Shown: positions 50,131 through 59,329, counted from the stretch's first letter. The stretch is DNA of 64,000 nucleotides from a candidate division WS6 bacterium GW2011_GWF2_39_15 (GCA_000993565.1 LBWK01000001.1:4695-68694), one strand, 5' to 3'. Numbers and translations are program-made. The notes: a model not told the origin generated them from the sequence alone.

Positions 50131-50243
50131 TGGAGTTGGTTATCATCTAAGGAATAAACAGTGAGGCAGAATCACTCCTGCAACCCAGTACTTGCTAAAC
50201 TCATCCTACGTTAACTAGCAAGGTGCTAAGATAACCAACTCCA
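50131..50243. ncRNA. Putative structured ncRNA with SAM-I-like signatures
   Basis: Perfect 14-bp terminal inverted repeat enclosing two hairpins; TTATC, GCAACC, AAGGTGCTAA, GATAA in order on +. Confidence 0.5.
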
Positions 50244-50330
50244 ATATAATAATAGGAGTATTTAATCTAAAGTCAATATATGTGGAAAGCTTATAATAAT
50301 TATATTGGAAATGGCAGTTTCCATTACTAT

Positions 50331-50750
50331 TTAAGCTGTTGCCTTCTTCATACGTATAAATGATGTCTCAATCAGATTTGAAAGGATATCCTCATCTACA
50401 TCCGAAAGTCTTTTAATATATAGACAGCCCACACCTAGTTTGTGTTTACCTAATTTTGCTAGAAGAGTATCTCCCTCCTGGTTTCCCAGCATTAAGTAAA
50501 GGGTTAGATTTTGTTTTCTGGGAGAGAATCCTACAAGCGGCCAATCTCCTTCCTGTCTGCTTCTTTCAGATTTATAATGGTATATTCCGAATCCTACTAT
50601 GCTTGTTCCCCACATAACGGGCTTTTCATCTGTAGCCTTTTGGAATAGCTCAAGAAGTTTGAAGCTGTCAGCTCTTTTCTCTTCCGGTTCCACAGCATTT
50701 AAAAATTCTGTAGGATTCTGGTTTGTGGGTTTTGTTTTGAGTTCAGACAT
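50331..50750 (-). CDS. DUF1801 (YdhG-like) protein
   Basis: KTKPT, MWGTSIVGFG.YHY, GFSPRK, LGKHK.G.GCLYIKRL. Confidence 0.9.
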   Translation of the reverse strand: MSELKTKPTNQNPTEFLNAVEPEEKRADSFKLLELFQKATDEKPVMWGTSIVGFGIYHYKSERSRQEGDWPLVGFSPRKQNLTLYLMLGNQEGDTLLAKLGKHKLGVGCLYIKRLSDVDEDILSNLIETSFIRMKKATA

Positions 50751-50761
50751 TGTTATATTGA

Positions 50762-51166
50762 TTAAGTTAAATCGGTAAATGGGTTATATGCAATTTCCCA
50801 GTAGTAGTTATCGGGATCAGCAAAGTATCCGGAATATCCTCCCCAAAACACATCCTGAGGTCTCTTAATGGGTCTGGCTCCGGCCTTGATAGCGTGATTA
50901 AAAACCTTGTCTACTTCCTCTTTTGTTTTGACATTATGAGCAAGAGTAAATCCAGAAAATCCCTTGCCATCACTCGATATGGTTATATCTTCAGCGAGTT
51001 TTTCCTTCGGATATATGGATAACCAGGTTCCATCCATTTCAAAGACTGCAAAATCATCACCGATCTTGTAGTTGTGGGTCTTAAACCCAAGACCCTCGTT
51101 ATAGAACTTAAAGGATTTTTGAAAATTGTTAACTCCTAATGTAACTAGCCCGATTTTGGATTTCAT
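50762..51166 (-). CDS. VOC/glyoxalase family protein
   Basis: VTLGV, FYNEGLG, TLAHNV, VFWGGYSGYFADPD. Confidence 0.92.
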   Translation of the reverse strand: MKSKIGLVTLGVNNFQKSFKFYNEGLGFKTHNYKIGDDFAVFEMDGTWLSIYPKEKLAEDITISSDGKGFSGFTLAHNVKTKEEVDKVFNHAIKAGARPIKRPQDVFWGGYSGYFADPDNYYWEIAYNPFTDLT

Positions 51167-51352
51167 TCTAACATTATAGGAAACTTCAGCTGACTATGAA
51201 ATAGAAGATGATCTGAGGATTGGATTTTGAAAGCACGTATTTTATACTTAAATCATCGAGTACAGATTCAAAATCAGAAAATCGTTTATCACGTGTTCAA
51301 TTTTCATATTAATATATAATATAACAAAATAAATTTTGAAAACAGTGAGGCT

Positions 51353-51562
51353 ATGAATCTCAAAAATGAAGCATACGTCGTATATATGGGTACGAAGAAC
51401 TTTACAGAGAAATATTATAAGGATGAGGATGGGTGGGTAAAGATATCAGCTAAGGGGAGAAAGTTTAGGATGACCGCCGAACAGTTTCTAAATCACTTAC
51501 TTCCCGCAATTTCAGGGATTAAACCTAACTTGATATGGAAAGTGGAGCATAAGGGAGAATAA
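51353..51562 (+). CDS. Small hypothetical protein
   Basis: 69 aa ORF with GAGG upstream. Confidence 0.6.
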   Translation: MNLKNEAYVVYMGTKNFTEKYYKDEDGWVKISAKGRKFRMTAEQFLNHLLPAISGIKPNLIWKVEHKGE

Positions 51563-51620
51563 TATATGAGATATTCCTTAACCTGAAATTTAACTTTGAG
51601 GTGGATGTCAGCAAATTATG

Positions 51621-52046
51621 TTACTTGCTAGATTTGAGATAATTCTCAATTATTTCAATATCCTTTTTATCTTTCTCTCTGGGATTTTTGCCACCAACCC
51701 AAATTTTCTTTACGGTTAACAAAAACTCTAACGAGTTATATCTAACTCCATCTATAACAGTAGAATTCTCAAAAATTTCTTCAAAAGAATAAACTTTATT
51801 TATATCAGTCATATTCCAACCTGTTACAATCTCATATATATCATATTGTAAAACATCTAAACCAAGGGGTTGAGAGACAATAAATTGAGGATTTTGTTTT
51901 AATCTGTTGTATGTTTCAGTATCAACGATTACATCTATATCGTGGCTTTCCCTAATATTTAGCGCATTCAGTATTCCTGAGCCAATAACAATTGCGTTTT
52001 CAGAGGTAAGTGATAATTCTGAAAGTTTTTGTTTAATATCTATCAT
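51621..52046 (-). CDS. Nucleotidyltransferase-fold hypothetical protein
   Basis: IVIGSG...DIDV and C-terminal REKDKKDI. Confidence 0.65.
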   Translation of the reverse strand: MIDIKQKLSELSLTSENAIVIGSGILNALNIRESHDIDVIVDTETYNRLKQNPQFIVSQPLGLDVLQYDIYEIVTGWNMTDINKVYSFEEIFENSTVIDGVRYNSLEFLLTVKKIWVGGKNPREKDKKDIEIIENYLKSSK

Positions 52047-52069
52047 ACGAGAGGATTATATCAAAAAAA

Positions 52070-52141
52070 CTCCGCGGGAAGGACTCGAACCTTCAACCTA
52101 CTCGTTAACAGCGAGCCGCTCCACCATTGAGCTACCGCGGA
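52070..52141 (-). tRNA. tRNA-Asn (GTT), CCA not encoded
   Basis: Minus strand TCCGCGG TAGCTCAATGG...CTCG-CTGTTAA-CGAG...GGTTCGAGTCC..CCGCGGA G. Confidence 0.97.
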
Positions 52142-52233
52142 ATAACTCACACATTATATAGATCGATTCCTAATTATTCAAGGTCTTGAGTGGTATGATA
52201 CAATAGTTGGATATAATATTGAGAACTTTGAAT

Positions 52234-52689
52234 ATGAAAAGAGTCTTAGCATTTATTATTGGAATCTTTTTCCTCTCTGTAACACCTTTATTGGCTGTTG
52301 ATGAGCTTCCTTTAAAAATGTATGTAAGACAAGGATGTACCCACTGTGCCAAAGTTAAAGAGTTTTTAAACACTAATAACTTGAAGGATAAAGTAACCGA
52401 GTTAGAAACGTATAACAACACTGAGAATCAAAAGATGCTGGATGAAGAGTTTAAGAAATATGATGTACCAAATGAACAAAGGGGCGTCCCTTTTATGGTT
52501 GTCAGCGATACGGAGTATCTGGTTGGTGATCAGCCGATAATCCAATATTTCGCAGATAAGTATAATATAAAGGTTGAAGATCAGAGCTACCAGTCTTCAC
52601 CATCCGATACCATCTTTTTGGTTCTTGGAGGGACAGTTCTGTTTGCAGTTCTGGGTTACGGACTGTATTCTGTATTTAAGAAGAACTAA
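52234..52689 (+). CDS. Exported glutaredoxin-like protein with C-terminal TM
   Basis: Signal peptide, GCTHC, GVPF, GDQPI. Confidence 0.85.
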   Translation: MKRVLAFIIGIFFLSVTPLLAVDELPLKMYVRQGCTHCAKVKEFLNTNNLKDKVTELETYNNTENQKMLDEEFKKYDVPNEQRGVPFMVVSDTEYLVGDQPIIQYFADKYNIKVEDQSYQSSPSDTIFLVLGGTVLFAVLGYGLYSVFKKN

Positions 52690-52708
52690 CTTTTTATATT
52701 TCAATTGA

Positions 52709-53302
52709 ATGAATATTAATATCTCATTTGTTGGGATGGAGCCTTCTGATCCTGTAAAGAAGTATGCTATTGAAAAGCTAACTAAACACGAGGAGCTTTT
52801 CAGGGACCTAGAAAATATTGAAATAGTACTCAAAGAAAACGTCTCAACAAGAGGGGTTGATAAGGATTTTAGAATGAATGTTAATATCCCACTTCCAAAG
52901 GCGATGATAAGAGTTGAAGAGTCTGGGAGTGATATGTATGCAATAGTTGATAAAGTGAGTGATATTTTAGTAAGGAGGTTAAGAAGATACTATGATCGTA
53001 AGGAAAACTGGGAAGGTGTGACACCATGGCGCGTTATAGAAGCCGAGGAGGCATTAAACGGCTTTGGAGAGGAAGAAGAAACACTGGATAATTATGTAAA
53101 CTATGCCCCGAAAATAATGAGCCGGAAAAAGCTTGAAGATATGACCCCACTTTCTGAGGGTGAAGCCATTGAAAAGATGGAACTGGCGGGTGAAAAACAG
53201 ATTCTTTTTAAAAACAAAGAGACCTCCAAGATATCTATGATATATGCTCGTGAAAGGGGAGGATATTGCCTTGTAGAACCTTCAGATGCTCTGGAGCTAT
53301 AA
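52709..53302 (+). CDS. hpf: Ribosome hibernation promoting factor (long HPF/RaiA)
   Basis: DMYAIVD, LRRY; C-terminal EAIEKMEL...IYAR..GGY. Confidence 0.9.
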   Translation: MNINISFVGMEPSDPVKKYAIEKLTKHEELFRDLENIEIVLKENVSTRGVDKDFRMNVNIPLPKAMIRVEESGSDMYAIVDKVSDILVRRLRRYYDRKENWEGVTPWRVIEAEEALNGFGEEEETLDNYVNYAPKIMSRKKLEDMTPLSEGEAIEKMELAGEKQILFKNKETSKISMIYARERGGYCLVEPSDALEL

Positions 53303-53326
53303 AACTACTGGACTACGCAAATAACC

Positions 53327-53354
53327 AAAAAGGGAGTCATATGACTCCCTTTTT
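53327..53354. terminator. Bidirectional intrinsic terminator
   Basis: Perfect palindrome AAAAAGGGAGTCATATGACTCCCTTTTT between convergent genes. Confidence 0.85.
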
Positions 53355-53375
53355 CATATTTGATGACCTCTCTGG

Positions 53376-54170
53376 TTACTTGTTTTTAGCCTCTTTAACT
53401 AAGTTGCTAACAATATTAGAGACTGTCTTGAAAACTCCGTATGTAGGTTTTCCTGTTACATTATTTTGGATCTTGGCTTTAGATCTCAAACCATCTAGCC
53501 ATGCAGTCTTAGCCTCTTCAACCTTCTGATTAACAAAGCTAGTCTCGACTTCTGCCTTTTTATCCGCATATTTTACATCCTGTCCCTCATAAAGCACCTC
53601 TTTATACTGATCAAAGAAAGCTTCAACATCCTTTTGCTCATACTTTATTGTTGGCTTCAAGATTTTTCCTGTTATAATTTCGAGTTTGATCTGCCTCTCG
53701 ATATCTGACTGTGTTATATTATTAGACTTTAAAGTTTCCTCTAGTACCTTCTGTCCTCCCAATTGATCGGCAATCTCTTTAACACGGTCATCAATCTCTT
53801 TTTGAGTTACAGTGATGTTCTTATTCTCACCTTCCTGCTCGATTAATGATTCATCAATAAGTGTGGAAGTTGCCTGAACGCCGTATGCCTTTGAAAGCCT
53901 ATCATAGTATGTGCCTTTGCTTACTCTATCGCCGTTTACAACTGCAACGCTGTAATCATTATTCAAATACTGTACGAATACATCGATTAGCCCGAAAGCT
54001 AGAACAAAAAGAGCAACATATAATACCCCTTTCAGTAACTTACCTTTGTTAAACTTGATTTCGACCTTCTTAGGTTGAATTGGAGTGGCTTCTTTCGCTG
54101 GAGTAGCTTTGACAGTCTTTTGTTTTACAACCTTTTTACTTGTGGTAGCTTTTGATTTTGTACGTGGCAT
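53376..54170 (-). CDS. SurA/PrsA N-terminal-domain chaperone (no parvulin domain)
   Basis: TM, VAVVNGDRV, LIDESLI, WLDGLRSKAKI. Confidence 0.85.
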   Translation of the reverse strand: MPRTKSKATTSKKVVKQKTVKATPAKEATPIQPKKVEIKFNKGKLLKGVLYVALFVLAFGLIDVFVQYLNNDYSVAVVNGDRVSKGTYYDRLSKAYGVQATSTLIDESLIEQEGENKNITVTQKEIDDRVKEIADQLGGQKVLEETLKSNNITQSDIERQIKLEIITGKILKPTIKYEQKDVEAFFDQYKEVLYEGQDVKYADKKAEVETSFVNQKVEEAKTAWLDGLRSKAKIQNNVTGKPTYGVFKTVSNIVSNLVKEAKNK

Positions 54171-54903
54171 TAATCTTTTTTATTAAAATTATTATCTTTT
54201 GGATTAGTCTATCAGAATATACTAGAAGAATAAAGAGGAGAATGAGACTTAAGAGCTGTAAAGGAGGTTGTCCAGTTGGTGCGAGTTCTTCTGAGGCAGT
54301 GTTTTCTATCCCAAATGTTGGTATCTCAAATATATAGAAATCGTTGTAAGAGTTATCCGTATCAATATGATTTTTCCTCCCAATGCTTTTGCCTGATTCT
54401 GAGGGTGTTGCTGACTCCGCACTGTCTATTATAAGTCCGTTTTCCTTGGTAAGATTGTTTGTATTAGGTGAATCATAAATTACTGTATCTACGACGTTTC
54501 CTTTGCTGTCTAATATTTGCAGTCCATCCGACTCGCTTCCACCGTTTTGTATGGATAGTTTTGCAACATATGAAGTGCAGTTTGGAACCTTGCTTTCACA
54601 GATAGTAATGTATGTATGGGCAGGAATTTCAATGTTTCCCAAGATTGCTGTATCTGAAAAGGTTACCCCAGCTGTTTGTATCTTCCAGTTATTTAGTGAG
54701 ATGGCTATACTAAGTGGATTATATAATTCTATCCATTCGTAACCTGTGTCAGTACCTTGCGGGTCATACATAACCTCGTTGATAACTATGGATGCTGAGG
54801 CGTAGGCTCTTTCCACGATGTTTTCTGCAACAATGAGGAGTAGGAAGACGGAAAGTAAGAAGAGCAATCCGTAGATATTTTTAAGAATTGTATTTTGCAC
54901 CAC
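54136..54903 (-). CDS. Lamin-tail-domain surface protein with C-terminal sorting-like signal
   Basis: IVINEVMYDP, EWIELYN, LNNWKI, NGG..DGL; LAPTG plus TM plus basic tail. Confidence 0.85.
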   Translation of the reverse strand: MVQNTILKNIYGLLFLLSVFLLLIVAENIVERAYASASIVINEVMYDPQGTDTGYEWIELYNPLSIAISLNNWKIQTAGVTFSDTAILGNIEIPAHTYITICESKVPNCTSYVAKLSIQNGGSESDGLQILDSKGNVVDTVIYDSPNTNNLTKENGLIIDSAESATPSESGKSIGRKNHIDTDNSYNDFYIFEIPTFGIENTASEELAPTGQPPLQLLSLILLFILLVYSDRLIQKIIILIKKINATYKIKSYHK

Positions 54904-54945
54904 AAGTAATATGGTACAAAATTAAAGTGAAATATTTATGAAGGG

Positions 54946-56250
54946 CTATTTTAGGTGAAGATAAAAGGATTCAATTCCACCTGAATGAACAACTTTTGCA
55001 TATTTACCTCCGCATATTGGTTCCGTACCTTTATACAGGGTACCATTCTTAACCGCTCTGACGTAAGTAGCTGTACCATCGCTGCTGGACATATCAACTG
55101 CATATGGTGCACCGCCTGACCAGCCTCTATGATGATCCTGAGTTAGAAAGGCATTTCCGGTTAAAGGAGTAACGAAAGAGCCGGAATGAATGTTATAGTA
55201 CGTCCAGCCCCCGTATATTGCCCAGTAGTCAGGGCCCTTCTTTAGATATCCTCCCCAGGGGTTAATGCTTGCATAACCGATCGGCTGGCTTGTGTACTCT
55301 ATAGTGAAGTGTAGATGTGGTGCTGTTGAACAGCCTGTGCTTCCCATCTGACCAATATATGACCCAGCCACCACGGTGCCCGAGTTCACCATTGTTTCAG
55401 GGTGATCCTGAATGTACTTGATTATAGAAGCCTCTACGCTTGATTCTGCTTTCCTGGCCGCATCGAGCTGAGCAAGAAGAGCTTGTTCACGTCTTCTGGA
55501 TTCTGCATAAAGTGATGCCCTTTCTGATCTTTGTGCTGCCATCTGATCCTTAAGCTTAAACTGCTCAGTCTTTTCTTCCTCAATCTGCTGTCTTTTTCGC
55601 TCAACTGATCTCTGTTTCTCCGAAAGCAGCGTTTCTTCTTGTTTAAGTACTTTTGATTGGTTAGCCATCTGTTCCATTAGTTCCTTGTCTTTTCTTTTTG
55701 TCTCGGAAAGATATTTCAATTTGCGCAAAAGGTTTTCAAAATTGCTATTCTCAAAAAGAATTTCCACTGGTGTAACGAAGGAATACTTATATGAAATTGA
55801 TATTCGCTTCTTAATGCTATTATCCAATTTATTGATCTCCTGAGTAATCGTATTAATATTATTCTCCGTCTCAACAATTTCCTTTCCTAAAATTCTTATC
55901 TCAACATTTTTTGTCTCCATCTCAACTTCCAGGGCATCAATGTCTCTTTCCATTGCACTAATTTGAGAGTCTAGGTAGTTGATCTTTTCCAGCAACGAAA
56001 GCTGTTGGTACTGCTCATTCGATAGATTCTGGCTGAAGTTCTTTTTATCCTTATCTATCATTTCTTTTTGCTTCTGCAAATACACCAAGCATTCGGGAGT
56101 GTTTGCAATCTCCTTGGGACAGGTAGTCGAATATGCTAAAACCATATTTTCCTTTCTATTGCCAAGTCCGATCCATAAACCGTATGTAGCAAGAAGTAGA
56201 AAGGTGAGCAGTATGTGTACAGTTTTAGTCGGATTAAGGGTTTTTCGCAT
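54946..56250 (-). CDS. Coiled-coil plus M23 peptidase (EnvC/CwlO-like partner of FtsEX)
   Basis: Long coiled coil; MGSTGCSTAPHLHF; ends FYLHLK; follows ftsX. Confidence 0.88.
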   Translation of the reverse strand: MRKTLNPTKTVHILLTFLLLATYGLWIGLGNRKENMVLAYSTTCPKEIANTPECLVYLQKQKEMIDKDKKNFSQNLSNEQYQQLSLLEKINYLDSQISAMERDIDALEVEMETKNVEIRILGKEIVETENNINTITQEINKLDNSIKKRISISYKYSFVTPVEILFENSNFENLLRKLKYLSETKRKDKELMEQMANQSKVLKQEETLLSEKQRSVERKRQQIEEEKTEQFKLKDQMAAQRSERASLYAESRRREQALLAQLDAARKAESSVEASIIKYIQDHPETMVNSGTVVAGSYIGQMGSTGCSTAPHLHFTIEYTSQPIGYASINPWGGYLKKGPDYWAIYGGWTYYNIHSGSFVTPLTGNAFLTQDHHRGWSGGAPYAVDMSSSDGTATYVRAVKNGTLYKGTEPICGGKYAKVVHSGGIESFYLHLK

Positions 56251-56255
56251 TGCTA

Positions 56256-57194
56256 TTACTTAGTCTTTAAATTCAAATATTTAAGTACAGCAAAGTAGCT
56301 ACTCACTGAGCCGAAAAACACTCCGATACCGATTTGGATAAGAAGAAAGACAAGTGTGAAGAGGGGATCAAAACTTTTAAGGTAGGGGAGTGATAAATCG
56401 TTAAGTATCTGGGAAACCCAGTAGTGGAAGTCAGAGCCGTATAAGAAGTGCATTGCCAAATACCACGGAAGAAGTATCAGGGTAGAAGATATTATTCCTC
56501 CGGTTATGCCGTAAAAAGCCCCTTCGAGTATAAAAGGTACTCTAATATATTGATCAGTACTGCCAACGAGGTGCATTATTTCAATTTCGTTCTTGTGAGC
56601 AAGTATATTAAAACCAATTGTAACCATAATTAATGAGAAGGATATCGCGGCCAGCCCCGTGATCAGAATAATTGCTGCATAGCTAATAAACTGTGAAAGG
56701 GCTTTAATATTGTCTAGAACATCCTTGAAGTAAAAGACTTCGTCGACATAAGCATTTCTTTCCTTCTCCTGGTTGATATTTTTGATTATAGTTTGCAGAT
56801 TACCGATTGTTTTAGCACGTATATTTAGACTAGGCGGGAGGGTATCAGCAGTTATCGTTTCAACAAGGTCTGGATCGTCCTCAAAGTCTTGTTTATATAT
56901 CTCCAAGGCCTGTTCCTTGGACACATACTCGATATTTTCTACAATCTCACTATCATTTATTTTATCCCTGAACTTAAAAATTTCAGCTTCGGGAGCTTCC
57001 TTTTTGAAGAAAACAATGACTTGAGCCTTCTTTTCATAATATGAGACCGTTTTCTGGCCAATAATTGCAAGACCAATAAATGAAGCCGATATTGTAAAGA
57101 CAATTGATATTACAAAGATAGTTGATAAGGAAAGCCACTTATTTCTTATGAGATTAGTTTTCGTGGATTTTAGTAATCTGCTTAGTGTTTCCAT
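56256..57194 (-). CDS. ftsX: Cell division permease FtsX
   Basis: YVSKEQAL, LPPSL, EIEIMHLVG, IRVPFILEG. Confidence 0.95.
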   Translation of the reverse strand: METLSRLLKSTKTNLIRNKWLSLSTIFVISIVFTISASFIGLAIIGQKTVSYYEKKAQVIVFFKKEAPEAEIFKFRDKINDSEIVENIEYVSKEQALEIYKQDFEDDPDLVETITADTLPPSLNIRAKTIGNLQTIIKNINQEKERNAYVDEVFYFKDVLDNIKALSQFISYAAIILITGLAAISFSLIMVTIGFNILAHKNEIEIMHLVGSTDQYIRVPFILEGAFYGITGGIISSTLILLPWYLAMHFLYGSDFHYWVSQILNDLSLPYLKSFDPLFTLVFLLIQIGIGVFFGSVSSYFAVLKYLNLKTK

Positions 57195-58186
57195 TATTCT
57201 TTTAGGTTATTTTTAACTACGTCCTCAAGAACTTCAAGCTGGTCTTTTTTCAGACCCATTCTTTTGAAATCTTCCTCGGTCATATCTAGAAGCTTTTCTA
57301 CTGTGTTCAGATTTTCTTTCTCAAGCCTTCTTGCGAGCTTTTTATCTCTTTTTACAATCTGATTAATAAACTGATTATCTTCCCTTTTGTGAATATCAAT
57401 TTCCCTATCGTTTGTATCATCGTCTGTAGAAGCCTTTTCATTCAATCGTTTGAGAAATGATGGTTTTTTTTCAGTGCTTACCTGCGGTTTATATGAGCCT
57501 CCCTTTTCGTCTCCAACTATTTTCCCCTGATTCATCCGAAGGACCCTTTTCTGCATCTTATCTACAATAACATCATCGTGAGTAATTACAATAACTGTTG
57601 TACCCCATTCGTTAATCGCCTGCAGAATATTCATGATCTCTCGTGCGTTTTCAGGATCCAGATTGCCTGTTGGTTCGTCTGCAATAAATAGTTTAGGATC
57701 ATTGGCCAGTGCTCTTGCAATTGCGACTCTTTGCTTCTCACCACCTGAAAGTTCTTGTGGAAATAGGTGTGCCCTGCCTTTGAGATTTACTATATCAAGA
57801 AGGTAGTTTGTTGTCTCCGCAATTTCACTATCCTTCCTATTAGTAATCTCAAGTGCGAACTCTACATTTTCGCTTACGGTTTTAGATTCAATCAGTTTGA
57901 GATCCTGAAAGACTACCCCAAGCTGCTGCCTGTAAATTGAGAGCAGTTTTCTGGGAATGGATGTTACGTTTATATCCTGAAACTGAATACTTCCCTGTGT
58001 TGGAAACTCCTCTTTAATCAGTAGACGAATAGCAGTAGATTTTCCGGCTCCAGAAGGGCCTACAATGAAGGTGAACTCTCCCGGGTCAACAATAAAAGAG
58101 ACCTCGTCCAATGCTATGATCCCCCCGGGGTATATCTTTGATACTTTATCGAAGTTAATTATTGGCAGATTTTTTTCTTTATCCAT
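57194..58186 (-). CDS. ftsE: Cell division ATPase FtsE with C-terminal extension
   Basis: GPSGAGKST, GVVFQD.KL, LSGGEKQR, ADEPTGNLD; upstream of ftsX. Confidence 0.93.
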   Translation of the reverse strand: MDKEKNLPIINFDKVSKIYPGGIIALDEVSFIVDPGEFTFIVGPSGAGKSTAIRLLIKEEFPTQGSIQFQDINVTSIPRKLLSIYRQQLGVVFQDLKLIESKTVSENVEFALEITNRKDSEIAETTNYLLDIVNLKGRAHLFPQELSGGEKQRVAIARALANDPKLFIADEPTGNLDPENAREIMNILQAINEWGTTVIVITHDDVIVDKMQKRVLRMNQGKIVGDEKGGSYKPQVSTEKKPSFLKRLNEKASTDDDTNDREIDIHKREDNQFINQIVKRDKKLARRLEKENLNTVEKLLDMTEEDFKRMGLKKDQLEVLEDVVKNNLKE

Positions 58187-58196
58187 ACCCTACATC

Positions 58197-59279
58197 TTAC
58201 TGTAATCTGACCTGCGCTTCAACAAAGGCTTCAAGGTCTCCATCAAGCACTTTTTCGGCATTACTTGTCTCTATACCTGTTCTCAGGTCTTTTACTAATT
58301 TATATGGATGAAGAACATAATTTCTGATTTGATTCCCCCATCCAGCAATTTTATGCTCACCTTTGATATCTTTCATTTCATTATCACGCTTTTCCTCCTC
58401 CAACTGCCAGAGCTTTGCTTTAAGTATCGTTAAAGCGGTCTTACGGTTCTGTGACTGATCACGTCTCTCAGAAGAATGTACTGTTATACCTGTTGGTATG
58501 TGTGTTAGTTGAATTGCTGAAGATGTTTTATTCACATGTTGTCCGCCTGCTCCGCCTGCCCTTACGGCTTTGATATCAAGGTCTTCGCTTTTAATTACAA
58601 TGTCAGTGTCATCATCTTCTATTACGGGAATTACCTCTACCCCTGCAAAAGAGGTCTGTCTCAAGTTTTGAGCATTAAAGGGGGAAAGTCGTATTAGCCT
58701 ATGAGTTCCAGCCTCCCTTTTTAGTTTCCCGAAAGCGTATCGTCCTTGAATGTTAAGTGTCGCAGTGCTTATTCCTGCTTCCGTGCCCTGAACCATATGT
58801 ATAATGTCGGCTTTCCATCCCATACGTTCTGCATATCTTATATACATTCGCATTAACATTTGTGCCCAGTCATTTGCTTCTGTACCGCCTTGTCCTGCAT
58901 GAATAGACAGAATTACGTCTGCAGGATCATATTTGCCGCTTAAAAACTTTAAAACCTGGAACTGATTAAATCTGCTTAGCAGGGTTTCATAGAGAGGGAT
59001 CAATTCATTCTGCTCTTCTTCCTTTGAGCCGTCAAACATCTCTATGAAGAGATCTATCTCCTCTTTTATCTTCGCCGCCTCATCAATTTCTGCTTTGATT
59101 GCATCCATTTCAGAAAGAATGATTCTTGCCCTGTTAGTATCTTTCCAGAAATTTTCTTCCATGGATTCGGTTTGAAGCTCTCCGAATCTTGATTTTTTTT
59201 CTTCAAGGTTTAAGCTGGCAATGGTACTATTGATTTCGGTACAAAGGTCTGTTAATTGACTTTTGCTTAATAGGTCCAT
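58197..59279 (-). CDS. prfB: Peptide chain release factor 2, single reading frame
   Basis: GGTEA.DW, SPF motif, GGAGGQHVN, WGNQIRNY. Confidence 0.97.
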   Translation of the reverse strand: MDLLSKSQLTDLCTEINSTIASLNLEEKKSRFGELQTESMEENFWKDTNRARIILSEMDAIKAEIDEAAKIKEEIDLFIEMFDGSKEEEQNELIPLYETLLSRFNQFQVLKFLSGKYDPADVILSIHAGQGGTEANDWAQMLMRMYIRYAERMGWKADIIHMVQGTEAGISTATLNIQGRYAFGKLKREAGTHRLIRLSPFNAQNLRQTSFAGVEVIPVIEDDDTDIVIKSEDLDIKAVRAGGAGGQHVNKTSSAIQLTHIPTGITVHSSERRDQSQNRKTALTILKAKLWQLEEEKRDNEMKDIKGEHKIAGWGNQIRNYVLHPYKLVKDLRTGIETSNAEKVLDGDLEAFVEAQVRLQ

Positions 59280-59329
59280 GTCAGTGTATTATTATATAAC
59301 CTTAAATTACAGATACTGCTCATTATCTC

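Noticed and set aside
50131-50243. Retron msr-msd, SRP RNA or hammerhead ribozyme
   Set aside because: No reverse transcriptase nearby, no SRP domain IV motif, no CUGAUGA/GAAA core
50331-52046. Integron cassette array
   Set aside because: Mixed orientation, no recognisable attC pairs, no integrase
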